Shown here one piece after another: positions 53,752 to 63,299 of a DNA stretch of 64,000 nucleotides. Position numbers and translations under genes: made by a program. The notes under the pieces are model-generated. The model saw only the letters and a list, made by a program, of their open reading frames with translations, did not search any database and was not told the origin of the DNA. Within the stretch, counting starts at the first letter, position 1. Every line of letters begins with the position of its first letter. Origin of the DNA: an uncultured delta proteobacterium (GTDB lineage Bacteria; Desulfobacterota; Binatia; UBA9968); the NCBI GenBank assembly GCA_963771465.1, contig CAVYTU010000014.1, positions 480,001 through 544,000 of the forward strand. The letters are read 5' to 3'.

Positions 53752-54507
53752 CTAGCTTGAGAGCCGATTGGATGGTTTTCCGATATGAATATGCGGACCG
53801 GTGGCGGCGCCTGGGACTGGTTGTCGAAATGCCAAGAAGGGAATACCTGATTTACGTAGATACCCGATCAATGATTTGCCTTCGGTGCTGTCGGGATGAA
53901 GCCCCACATCCATCGAATCGCGATGATCAAAGCCTAAGCGATTATGCGTGTCGGATTGACCGCGGGCAGTAATCGGCAGGTTGCGTCCGAAGGTTTGCGA
54001 AAAGTATTTTTCAACACGCGACGCTTCTCGGATCGACCATTTGACTCCGCCATTAAAGCGCATCAGCTCCGCTGTTTCGCTGAAGCCGCCCACGGGCAAC
54101 ACCGGCATGCGCAAAACCTTCTCGCCTAAAACCGCTTCGGTAATTGCGATCTGCGTCTCGGTTACCGAGTCGCGCATCTCATGCACGCGCTTGAGGGCGG
54201 CGATGAAAGATTTTTCTACTTCAATCACTCGCTCTTTTGATACCTGACCGATTTCAAGCAATTTGCGCTGCCGAATCACTTCGCTGCGAAGCGCCGACTG
54301 GGCATTTTCATAATCGGCCAGCAGTTGGCGATCCCGTGCTAGCGTTTCTTTCATTTGTTCCACGGAGTTCGTCGCGTTGCCAAGACTGGAAATGCTCACT
54401 GTAGAGCGCCGATTCCAGCCGTTAACAGTGAAGAATAAAATTACTAGAAGCGGTGGAACTGTCGCGGCGATGAGCAACAGCCGGGATTTTACGACTTCGG
54501 CGAACAT
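53752..54507 (-). CDS. Exported coiled-coil protein with putative Zn-peptidase-like C-terminus (paralog of 51454-52257)
   Basis: TM helix, coiled coil, GQSDTHNRLGFDHRDSMDVGLHPDSTEG and ATGPHIHIG. Confidence 0.75.
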   Translation of the reverse strand: MFAEVVKSRLLLIAATVPPLLVILFFTVNGWNRRSTVSISSLGNATNSVEQMKETLARDRQLLADYENAQSALRSEVIRQRKLLEIGQVSKERVIEVEKSFIAALKRVHEMRDSVTETQIAITEAVLGEKVLRMPVLPVGGFSETAELMRFNGGVKWSIREASRVEKYFSQTFGRNLPITARGQSDTHNRLGFDHRDSMDVGLHPDSTEGKSLIGYLRKSGIPFLAFRQPVPGAATGPHIHIGKPSNRLSS

Positions 54508-54546
54508 GAAGGCCAAAGTCTAAGGGCTTATGAAAATCGCGTCAAG

Positions 54547-54589
54547 GTAAAAGAAATGGCCGTCACATCCAAAGATGCTACGGCCATTT
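54547..54589 (-). terminator. Rho-independent terminator of the Mo-hydroxylase operon
   Basis: Minus strand AAATGGCCGTAGCATC-TTTG-GATGTGACGGCCATTT followed by CTTTT. Confidence 0.75.
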
Positions 54590-54646
54590 AAGATGATTTC
54601 AGGCCAGATGTACCTAGCCCGGCAGTAATTACTAATCGTGCCATGT

Positions 54647-55630
54647 TTAGATCGAAGCTAACAAACCTCGTTGAATCAGGTCTTGTGCCATTCGAACTTT
54701 ATATCCATTATCCTTAAGCGGGTTGGCGCCTTCGAGGGCGATTTCTCCAGCCTTCTTTGCCGTGGCGTCGTCCAAGCGTTTGCTGCGCAAAAATTCTTCC
54801 GCTTTGGCAGCGCGCCAGGGAATGGGCGCCACGCCGCCCATGACGACGCGTGCATCGCGTACCATCCCACCGCCACTTTCGACGATCGTGGCAACAGCAA
54901 CGATGGCGTGATCCCACGCTAGCCGCTCGCGCACCTTGTGATAGAAACCTTTGCTGCCTGCCTTTGGCGTCGGCACGTAGATTTCAGTGACGATCTCGCC
55001 GGGGTTAAGTATATTCTCTCGTTTGAAATCCACCGACGGCAGGACAAAAAATTTTTCTAAAGGAATTGTTCTCTCGCCTTTCGCGCCGGCAATTTTGATC
55101 TGCGCACCGAGTGCGACCAACGCTGGCGCGGTGTCCGACGGATGGGCGATATAGCTCGGCCCGGCGCCGAGAATCGAATGAAACCGGCTATCGCCCGTGA
55201 TCGCGTAGCAGACCTGCCCGCCTTTGCGCAGACAGGTGAAGTTCGACGAGCGAAAATACCAGCAGAACGGCCGCTGGCATATGTTGCCAGCGAGCGTCCC
55301 GGCGTTACGGATTTGCGGCGACGCCGCTTCGCCAGCAGCATCCGAGAGGATCAATAATTTCTCGCGAATTGCCGGATGCTCCTCGATATCCGATAGCTTT
55401 GCCAGCGCGCCGATTCGAAAGCCGCCGCGCTCTTCTTTGATCTGGTCGAGACCGGGAATAGTCTTCAGATTGACGACATAGTCCGGCGTCAAAACGTTGT
55501 CCTTCATCAATTGCAACGCTTCGCTGCCGCCACCAATCACCAAGGCTGGCTTTTTCTCCTGATGGAACTTTTGCAATAGCGAAATCGCTTGGCCGACGCT
55601 TTTGACATCGATATTTTCAAATGACTTCAT
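54647..55630 (-). CDS. Xanthine dehydrogenase family FAD subunit (PaoB/YagS-like)
   Basis: IGGGS, ASPQIRNAGTLAGN, Cys-rich insertion, HPSD, GGVAPIPWR. Confidence 0.9.
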   Translation of the reverse strand: MKSFENIDVKSVGQAISLLQKFHQEKKPALVIGGGSEALQLMKDNVLTPDYVVNLKTIPGLDQIKEERGGFRIGALAKLSDIEEHPAIREKLLILSDAAGEAASPQIRNAGTLAGNICQRPFCWYFRSSNFTCLRKGGQVCYAITGDSRFHSILGAGPSYIAHPSDTAPALVALGAQIKIAGAKGERTIPLEKFFVLPSVDFKRENILNPGEIVTEIYVPTPKAGSKGFYHKVRERLAWDHAIVAVATIVESGGGMVRDARVVMGGVAPIPWRAAKAEEFLRSKRLDDATAKKAGEIALEGANPLKDNGYKVRMAQDLIQRGLLASI

Positions 55631-55643
55631 CGCAGTTCCTCCA

Positions 55644-57865
55644 TCAGACTTGGCGCGCTTGTAAAATCTTGTCCGGCGTTATCGGCAATTCTTTAATCCG
55701 TTTGCCAGTGGCATTGAAGATCGCGTTGGCAATTGTCGCCACCGCCGCCGTGATCGGCGGCTCGCCAACCACTTTGCCACCGAACGGGCCGAACGGATCA
55801 ATATGCTCGATGAAGATCACTTCGACTTCCGGCACCTCGAGATGCGTCGGTACCTTGGCGTCGCGATAGTTGGGATTGATCGGGATACCGGTCACTTTGT
55901 CGATAATTAATTCTTCACTAAATGCCATGCCGATGCCTTGAGTCACGCCACCCTTGATCTGACTTTCCGCCGGCAGCCGATTGATGATCGTCCCCGAGTC
56001 GTGCGCCGCCACATAGCGACTGATCTTCACGTGCCCAGTAATCCCATCGACTTCCACCTCGGCGAAGTGAGCGGAAAAACTCTTCCCTTCCACATCTTTG
56101 AACGCCGGATTGGTCGTTGCTCGGCCGATCATTTCGCCGGCACTTCGGACGACCCTTTCCAGCGGTAGTTTTTGGCTAGGATCGGCTTTGACGAAAACCT
56201 CGCCGTCGCGCAGATCCAACTCTTCCGCCTTCACCTTCATTTGCCCGGCGGCGCGATTGAAAATCTGCCGGCGCACGTCTTCCGCGGCGGCGATCACCGC
56301 CAGTCCGGTGAATGAAGTCGTGCGGCTGCCGGACTCGCCAACCGAGTAAGGCGTCACGTCGGTATCGCCGTTGGTGAGCTGAATCTGAGTGAGCGGAATT
56401 CCGAGAGCTTCAGCGGCGATGATCGCCATCGTCGACTTGGCGCCCGTACCGATATCGGAGACACCGACCAGCACATGCGCCGTGCCGTCGGGATTGAGGC
56501 GAATCGTCGCCGCACCAAGCCCGGACGAAATGGATAACCGCCTAACGCCATGCCGATGCCGTGCTTTTTCGCGCCGCCCATGGCGCCAGGCTTTGTGCCA
56601 TTTTTCGCTGCCAACCGATGCGCTTGGAACCTTCGATGATGCACTGCTCCAAGATAAGTTCGACGTGAATGGAGTCTTGCTTTTATATTTTTGGATCCGG
56701 TTACTGCATGAACATATCGACCGGATTGATATCCATCTCGTGGGCGATCTGATCCAGGAACGACGCGAAGCCGAACACCGATTGCGGATAAGCACGGCGC
56801 CCGATAGTTGGCGCGCCACCACCGTGTTGGTGTGGACCGGCTAGGATGACTTTCTTGAAGTTGGGAATATTGTAGAAATCCGTGCCGCTTAAATTGCCGC
56901 TCTGCTTGCGATACGCGCCCATGTTGGTGACTGCGTCGAGCGTTACCGCGGTAATCGTGCCGTCTTTCTTCACGCCGATCTTGTAGCGTTGCTCCGAGGA
57001 CCAGCGCCCATGCATGCCGATGTAGTCATCTTCACGGGTGAATTCGAGCTTCACCGGTTGCCCGGCAACCTTGGCCAAGACGGCCGCCATGTAGTCGTAG
57101 TCTTGCGCCTGGTTTTTATTGCCGAAGCCGCCGCCCATATATTTGCAGACGATTCGCACTTTGCTCAGCGGCAAGGCGAAGTCTTTGGCGATGTCCGTGC
57201 GCGCGTTGGAGACGCCTTGAGTAGAAGCAAATACGGTGAGCTTGCCAGCGTCCCACTTGGCGACGCTGACGCGCCGTTCCATCTGGGCGTTATTGACATG
57301 CTTGGTAATGTAGGTGTCTTCGAAGACCCGATCGGCTTCATTAAAGCCTTTGTCGACATCGCCCCAGGATTCTTCGATGGGCGCGCTGGAAGAGCCCTTG
57401 CCCACGGAAAGATTGCCGTTGGGCGTTATCTTCGGCGCGTCCGGTTTCAATGCTTCGTTGGCGATCGAGCACATGGGGAATTTTTTCATACTTCACATCG
57501 ATCAGCTTTAGTGCGTCTTCGGCGATATGCCGATCGGTGGCCGCCACCGCCGCCACGGCATCACCAACGTAGCGCACCGGGTTGTTAAAAATAAATCGCT
57601 GGTGCGTCAGGCCGCCGCTCGACCACGGCACCTTGGCGTTCTCGTGGTGCACGATCGCTTTCACCCCCGGCAATTTCTCGGCCTTCGACGTATCGATGCC
57701 GACGATCTTGGCGTGGGGATGCGGGCTACGCAGCACGCGCGCGTAAAGCATACCGGGGAGTTGAATATCGCCGGTGTACTGCGCTTGGCCCGTGACGCGC
57801 TCATAGGCGTCGATGCGCGGGATTCGTTTACCGACAACGGAAAATTCTTTTGGTGCTTGTGCCAT
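55644..57865 (-). CDS. Xanthine dehydrogenase family molybdopterin subunit (PaoC/YagR-like), frameshifted into three ORFs
   Basis: RSPHPHAKI, MGGGFGNK, DIGTG, SGSRT, AHDSG, QIKGG, GKVVGEPP. Confidence 0.88.
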
Positions 57866-57877
57866 GGCTGTCCTCCT

Positions 57878-58495
57878 TTAGCGAGCTTTCGCCGCGACGG
57901 CGAGCACCGCCGCGACCTCGCGGTTATAATTACCACAGCGGCACAGATTGCCGGACAATCCGCGGCGCGCCTGCGTTTCGTTTGGTTTCGGGTTCTTCAT
58001 CAGCAACGCCTTGCCGGACATAATCTGACCCGACGTGCAAAAGCCACACTGCGGTCCGTCATGTTCGATAAACGCTTCCTGCAGCGGATCGAGCTTGTCG
58101 CCTTTCGCCAATCCCTCGATGGTGAGAATCTCTTTGCCTTCCATCCAGACCGCGAGTTGGCTGCACGAATACATATTGCGTCCGTCGATGATCACCGTGC
58201 AGGCGCCGCACTCGCCGCGATCGCAACCGATCTTGGTGCCGGTGAGCCCGACCTGATCGCGCAGCACCTCGGCCAAGGTGTTGCGGTGCTCGACGTCGAC
58301 TTTGTAAAGCTTGCCGTTGACCTTGAGGTTGAGCGCCTTTTTAGCAGGTGCGCTGCCGCTTGTTTCCGGCGTGTAAGCCTCGGCCGGATCGGTTTTAACC
58401 AAGCCGGTGGAAATCGCTGCCGTACCGATGGCGCTACTGCCAAGCCCTTTAAGAAACGAGCGGCGCGAGAACTTCGATCCCTTTTCATCGTTCAT
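57878..58495 (-). CDS. (2Fe-2S) subunit with Tat signal (PaoA/YagT-like)
   Basis: SRRSFLK; GCDRGECGAC, QCGFC and CRC. Confidence 0.92.
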   Translation of the reverse strand: MNDEKGSKFSRRSFLKGLGSSAIGTAAISTGLVKTDPAEAYTPETSGSAPAKKALNLKVNGKLYKVDVEHRNTLAEVLRDQVGLTGTKIGCDRGECGACTVIIDGRNMYSCSQLAVWMEGKEILTIEGLAKGDKLDPLQEAFIEHDGPQCGFCTSGQIMSGKALLMKNPKPNETQARRGLSGNLCRCGNYNREVAAVLAVAAKAR

Positions 58496-58632
58496 AATCG
58501 CTAACCTCCTGTCTCAAGCCCGTTTAAAAGCCGTATCGAACAGCTAATGGTTAATATAGTTGGGGAAGCGGAGTCAACGGGAAAAACGTCGCTTGCCGCG
58601 GCCATTTAATCCCGCTAAGCTTCGGCCCGATC

Positions 58633-59538
58633 ATGACTGACAAGCAACCGATAAGATCGGAAGGCGAGCAGCTCGAAGAATTTCTCGACGCGTTGCAAAG
58701 AGAGCACGCCGTCAAGGAAATCGCCGGCTGGGAGAGTGGCTTTGACAATCTCAGCCGCGCCCTCGACGGCGTCCGTCCAGGACTGCATCTACTCATCGGC
58801 CCGCCTGGCGTCGGCAAGACTTCCTTGGCCAAACAACTGCTCGACCAGGTCGCAATGCGAAACAGTGCTACCGGAATTTTCATCAGCAGCGCCGAATCGA
58901 AACAAGAACTGCGCATTAAAACCCTGGCGCGCCTGAGTGATATGGATAGTCGCGAAATCCGCCGCGGCAGCGCCTACTTGCTCCACTGGTACGGCGTGCC
59001 GCGATTGAGCGGCAATCAGCCAGGTGAAATCTCGCCGAGTTGGGAAAGACTTAAGCGCGCCGCAGAACAAGCGCAAAGTTGGCTCGATTCAATCTATTTG
59101 GTCGACGCCAGCGCAAACCCAACCGTCCCTACAATCGCGGAACAAATCGACGAGATCAAAAACATCAAGAAAAGGTCACAGCTTATAGTGGTGATGGACG
59201 ACTGCCAACGCTTCGGAGAAATAACAGAATCCTTGGACGCGCGCCTGCCGATCGTCGTCGAGCAACTGCAACATTTGGCAATGAACCTGGAATCGCCGCT
59301 ACTCGCAATCTGGCCCGACCTCAGTGGCGAAGCCAAAACCGAGCCGCAAGCTTGGGCGGAAAGAGTCGCCAGCGCCGATGTAATCATGGTATTGGAAAAC
59401 GATTCTGCGCGAACTAGACAACGCACCGAGCCGAATCAGCCCGTCACGTTGCACATCGTCAAAAACCGCGGCGGCGAAAAGGGTAAACTGGTGTTCGATT
59501 TCTATCCAGCGTTCGCGAAGTTCACTGAAGCTGCGTAA
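58633..59538 (+). CDS. Stand-alone DnaB-like C-terminal (RecA-fold) ATPase
   Basis: SGFDNL, GPPGVGKT, SAE, VVMDDCQ, ADVIMVL, LHIVKNRGG; no DnaB N-terminal domain. Confidence 0.8.
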   Translation: MTDKQPIRSEGEQLEEFLDALQREHAVKEIAGWESGFDNLSRALDGVRPGLHLLIGPPGVGKTSLAKQLLDQVAMRNSATGIFISSAESKQELRIKTLARLSDMDSREIRRGSAYLLHWYGVPRLSGNQPGEISPSWERLKRAAEQAQSWLDSIYLVDASANPTVPTIAEQIDEIKNIKKRSQLIVVMDDCQRFGEITESLDARLPIVVEQLQHLAMNLESPLLAIWPDLSGEAKTEPQAWAERVASADVIMVLENDSARTRQRTEPNQPVTLHIVKNRGGEKGKLVFDFYPAFAKFTEAA

Positions 59539-59587
59539 CGCGTCGCGAATGCCGGCGCCACAATTTCCATCCAAATCTCCCGGCTGA

Positions 59588-60307
59588 CTACCGCTGCCAC
59601 AGATAGTAGCAAATCGGCACCGGCGCGTTAGCGACAACAAGCGCGCCTTCATATCCGTCTATGGGATCTACTTCGCTAAGCGACCAACCCGGCACGCCGG
59701 CCGTGATACGCACCTGATCGGCGGCAGTCAGCGTAATTTCCACTTCGTCCAACGCTCCGGACAGGCCCGTTCCCTTGGCTTTGAGAAACGCTTCCTTGCT
59801 CGTCCAGCATTTGAAGAAAGCTTGGCGTTGCAGGCTTACCGGTAACCCGCGCATCGCCGCGATTTCTCTCGCGCTGAAAAACCGCTCGGCGACTTCCTGA
59901 CATTCAAAATCTTCCTTGACATACTCGATGTCGATGCCGACTTCGCGTTTACGGCAAACGGCGAGCAACGCCATTTCATGGGAGTGGGAAAGATTAAACT
60001 CAACGTCGCTCGACGCCGGCGCGTGGGGAAGCCTTGGTTTGCCGTTAGCGCCAATGTCGAAGCTCACGCGCGCCGGCTCACTGGGCAAATAGCGGCGCAG
60101 AATATCGTGCAGCGCAATATGAGCGACGAGATAGCGCCGCCGATCCCGCTCAAACTTAAAGCGCGCCAGTCGCTCGCGTTCCTCGGGAGAAAGTAGATCC
60201 AGATCGCGGTCAAAATCGACCGTCGCGTCGTCGAGCCGCACCGCCCATATATGAATGTTATTTTGAAGCGCCGGCAATTCAACCGGTGATCGAGGCCACG
60301 AAGTCAT
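59588..60307 (-). CDS. Sfp-type 4'-phosphopantetheinyl transferase
   Basis: GKP, FNLSHS, VGIDIE, WTSKEAFLKAKG. Confidence 0.92.
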   Translation of the reverse strand: MTSWPRSPVELPALQNNIHIWAVRLDDATVDFDRDLDLLSPEERERLARFKFERDRRRYLVAHIALHDILRRYLPSEPARVSFDIGANGKPRLPHAPASSDVEFNLSHSHEMALLAVCRKREVGIDIEYVKEDFECQEVAERFFSAREIAAMRGLPVSLQRQAFFKCWTSKEAFLKAKGTGLSGALDEVEITLTAADQVRITAGVPGWSLSEVDPIDGYEGALVVANAPVPICYYLWQR

Positions 60308-60399
60308 GGATTAGTCACGAGTCAAAGCTACCACCAACGTTTCAATTTTAACCCATGAAACATCGAAGATTATTTTTTTTACTCTTACGTTCATTGCGC

Positions 60400-60708
60400 C
60401 TAAATCTCACCCACGCTCGGCAATCCGGTGACGACCACCCGTTCGCCGTCGAGCGTGATCTCAAGATCGCACGGCGTGTCAAAGAAAATCATCGTGCGCG
60501 GATGCTCGTACACAGTGCTCTTGTGCGGAATCTCTTCGATGTAGATGTTGAACATGATACCGTCGGGCAGATTGACCGTCTTGGTGTGCATCGTATCGCC
60601 TTCGAAGAACACTTCGATCCAGTTGCGGTTCTCAGTGACTGCGAAAATGATGCCAGCGGCATTCTTGATCGTCGCGACTAGTTCTTCACCGGTTGGATTA
60701 TCCGCCAT
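60400..60708 (-). CDS. Hypothetical protein
   Basis: ~102-aa beta-rich ORF co-oriented between the ligase and PPTase. Confidence 0.55.
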   Translation of the reverse strand: MADNPTGEELVATIKNAAGIIFAVTENRNWIEVFFEGDTMHTKTVNLPDGIMFNIYIEEIPHKSTVYEHPRTMIFFDTPCDLEITLDGERVVVTGLPSVGEI

Positions 60709-60796
60709 ATTCAGCGAGTTAGATTCCGGAACGCACATACCGGCGGGGACGCCTGACCCCTTCTCGTTCACCACTCATCCATATTCTCATACTACG

Positions 60797-62326
60797 TCAA
60801 TTCGCCAGCAACGTCGTCGCATCGCGTATCGTCTTTCCCGACGACGTGCGCGGCAATGACTCCCGGATGACGACCTTGTCGGGCACTTTGAAGTTGGCGA
60901 GATTGCCGCGCAGAAACGCCAGCAAATCTTTTTCGACTACCGTGCTCCCCGGCCGCGCCACGATGGCGGCGCCGATCACTTGGCCGCGCTTGGCATCGGG
61001 GATGGCGAAGACGATGGTCTCCTGCACGCCGGGATAAGTGTAAATCAGATTCTCCACCTCGGCGGGATAGACATTCAAACCGCCGGTGATAATCATGTCG
61101 TCGCGCCGGCCGAGATGATAGTAGTAACCGTCCGCTTCGACCTTGCCGACATCGCCGGTGTAGAGCCAGCCGTTGCGAATCCGCTCGGCGGTGGCGTCGA
61201 GCCGGCGAAAGTAACCTTTCATCACGTGCGGCCCGCGCGTGATGATCTCGCCGGCTTCGCCAATGGCAACTTCTTTATCGTTTTCATCGACAATCCTCAC
61301 TTCAACCCGCGGCACGGCGCGGCCGATGCTGCCGATCTTGGCTTCGGCTTTTTCCGGTTCGACCAGAGTTATCATCGGCGAAGTTTCCGTGAGGCCATAG
61401 CCTTGAATCACTTTGATATGCGGCTGCGCCGCTTGAAACGCGCGCAAGAGCGGCATGGGAATACTCGTACCCATCATCGCCGCGATCTTCATGCTGCGGG
61501 TGTCATAGCTGGCCAAATTCTTAACGCCGAGCAAAAGCTGGAACACGATCGGCACGCTCTCGAACACATTGACGCGGTATTTTTGAATGCCTTCGAGCAA
61601 CGTCACCGGATTGATCTGATCGAAGATCACCAGCGTATAGCCTTTTTCGGCCAGCTCGTTACAAACCACCGGGCCGACGATATGCGACATCGGCAAGATG
61701 CAGCCGCGGATCGTCGATGAGTCGGTAATGCGAAATTCTCCCATCAGCGTCGGGTACTGCATCAAATTGACATAACTCAGCACGACACCCTTGGGCTCGC
61801 CGGTGGTGCCCGAAGTGTAGAGAATCAGCGCGTCGTCACCGCCGTTCAATTTCGGTAGCGCTATCACGCCCGCCGGCGCCACCAAGCGCTTTTCAAAGCT
61901 TCGTTCACCGTCACCAGCGGCGACCCAGACGGGAATCGGCGCCAGAGTTTTGAACGCCTCTTGCACGTCGCCATAGAGCTGTTGGTGCACCACGAGTAAT
62001 TTGAGATCGGCGTCTTTGAGCACGCCTTCGAGCTCTTTGCCCTTCAAGCGCGCGTCGAGAATGACGGTCACCGCGCCGATCTTTTGCGTCGCGAAATAGC
62101 TCAGTGGAATGGCGGTCGAATTCGGCAACAGAACGCCGACCCGGTCGCCCTGGCGAATGCCCTCTTGCTGCAAGCGACCGGCGAGCGCATGCACACGCTG
62201 GTTAAGCGCGCCGAACGTTAGCTCTTCTTCCCTGGTGATGATCGCAGTTTTTTGCGGCTGGCGCTCGGCGGTTAGCTGCAAAACTTCCGCCGCGAAAAAG
62301 CCTACTGAATCGGTATCGATTGCCAT
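60797..62326 (-). CDS. Long-chain fatty-acid--CoA ligase / class I adenylate-forming enzyme
   Basis: YTSGTTGEPKG, GYGLTE, TGD, GRRDDMI, PRTSSGK. Confidence 0.92.
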   Translation of the reverse strand: MAIDTDSVGFFAAEVLQLTAERQPQKTAIITREEELTFGALNQRVHALAGRLQQEGIRQGDRVGVLLPNSTAIPLSYFATQKIGAVTVILDARLKGKELEGVLKDADLKLLVVHQQLYGDVQEAFKTLAPIPVWVAAGDGERSFEKRLVAPAGVIALPKLNGGDDALILYTSGTTGEPKGVVLSYVNLMQYPTLMGEFRITDSSTIRGCILPMSHIVGPVVCNELAEKGYTLVIFDQINPVTLLEGIQKYRVNVFESVPIVFQLLLGVKNLASYDTRSMKIAAMMGTSIPMPLLRAFQAAQPHIKVIQGYGLTETSPMITLVEPEKAEAKIGSIGRAVPRVEVRIVDENDKEVAIGEAGEIITRGPHVMKGYFRRLDATAERIRNGWLYTGDVGKVEADGYYYHLGRRDDMIITGGLNVYPAEVENLIYTYPGVQETIVFAIPDAKRGQVIGAAIVARPGSTVVEKDLLAFLRGNLANFKVPDKVVIRESLPRTSSGKTIRDATTLLAN

Positions 62327-63297
62327 AGCGCAAATGCCCTCTGAAATGGTTTGTACCAGCGCGATAGTTGCGCCAGCTCGCCGCGCTTGAGTTTTAACTT
62401 GCCCTGTTGCGTCGCTAAGAACGCGTCGATCTTGTTGCTAAACACCGCGTTCCACCACTCCGCTTTGCCGCTGATGAGAAATTCGCCGTCGCTCTGCTGG
62501 CTCAACTCAATGATCTCGCCAGCATGAAATTTCACCGTCCATGCCACGTCGCGTTCTTCGAGATGCAGCGTGAGCGATGTCGTGAGCGCCGTATCGCCGC
62601 CAAACTTGCGAAAATCTTGGTCACCGTTGGCGCTGTCGACCAACGCGTCCATATGTTCTCGTGAGAACAGCGCATAACGCGCGCCGTTCGCAACGGTCGA
62701 CTCTTTCTTGACCGCTACGACCACCGCTGCGTCGCGCTTAGCGGAAACGCCGTCTTTGAAGAATTGGCAATGCACCGCCTCTTCGAGCAAGTCGGTGAGT
62801 AAGAACGCTTCTTGAAATGTCTTGCCGATGGCCACCGTGCCGTGACCTTTGACGATGACCACGGGATTGTACTTGAGTGCTTCGACGACTTTCTCAGGCT
62901 TGGTCACCGTCGGCGTGTCTTGAGGAATGATCGGCACTTCGCCGATCGTATATTTCTCTTCGAAGCTCACCGGCACGAAGCTCTCGTGGGTTAGCGAAAA
63001 GGCCAAAACCATTGGCGGATGTACGTGCACGATCGCCTGCGCCTCGGTGCCGCCATAAACCGCCATATGCATCGGCGTCTCGCTCGACGCCTTCTGATTC
63101 GGCTTCAGCGGTTTTCCGTTGGCGTCAATCCTGACCAAGTCTTTGGTCATGAGAAACCCAAGCGGCGCGTGTTGTCCGGTAATCAGGAAGTTTTCCTTGC
63201 CGACGCGGCAACTCAGATTGCCGCCCCAACCGCTGATCAGCCGCCGGTCAAAGAGCAGCTTACCCCAACGGATAATTTCACTTTCGATCTTGGCCAT
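62302..63297 (-). CDS. Class II aldolase (FucA/MtnB-like) fused to C-terminal SCP2-like domain
   Basis: GNLS, SSETPMH, HVH and GHG, then DAFLATQQGKLKLKRG (SCP2-like signature). Confidence 0.8.
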   Translation of the reverse strand: MAKIESEIIRWGKLLFDRRLISGWGGNLSCRVGKENFLITGQHAPLGFLMTKDLVRIDANGKPLKPNQKASSETPMHMAVYGGTEAQAIVHVHPPMVLAFSLTHESFVPVSFEEKYTIGEVPIIPQDTPTVTKPEKVVEALKYNPVVIVKGHGTVAIGKTFQEAFLLTDLLEEAVHCQFFKDGVSAKRDAAVVVAVKKESTVANGARYALFSREHMDALVDSANGDQDFRKFGGDTALTTSLTLHLEERDVAWTVKFHAGEIIELSQQSDGEFLISGKAEWWNAVFSNKIDAFLATQQGKLKLKRGELAQLSRWYKPFQRAFALWQSIPIQ

Positions 63298-63299
63298 CG

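Noticed and set aside
57527-58504. 325-aa plus-strand ORF; likewise 40317-41255 and 36249-37408
   Set aside because: Antisense shadows of well-supported minus-strand genes in GC-rich DNA.
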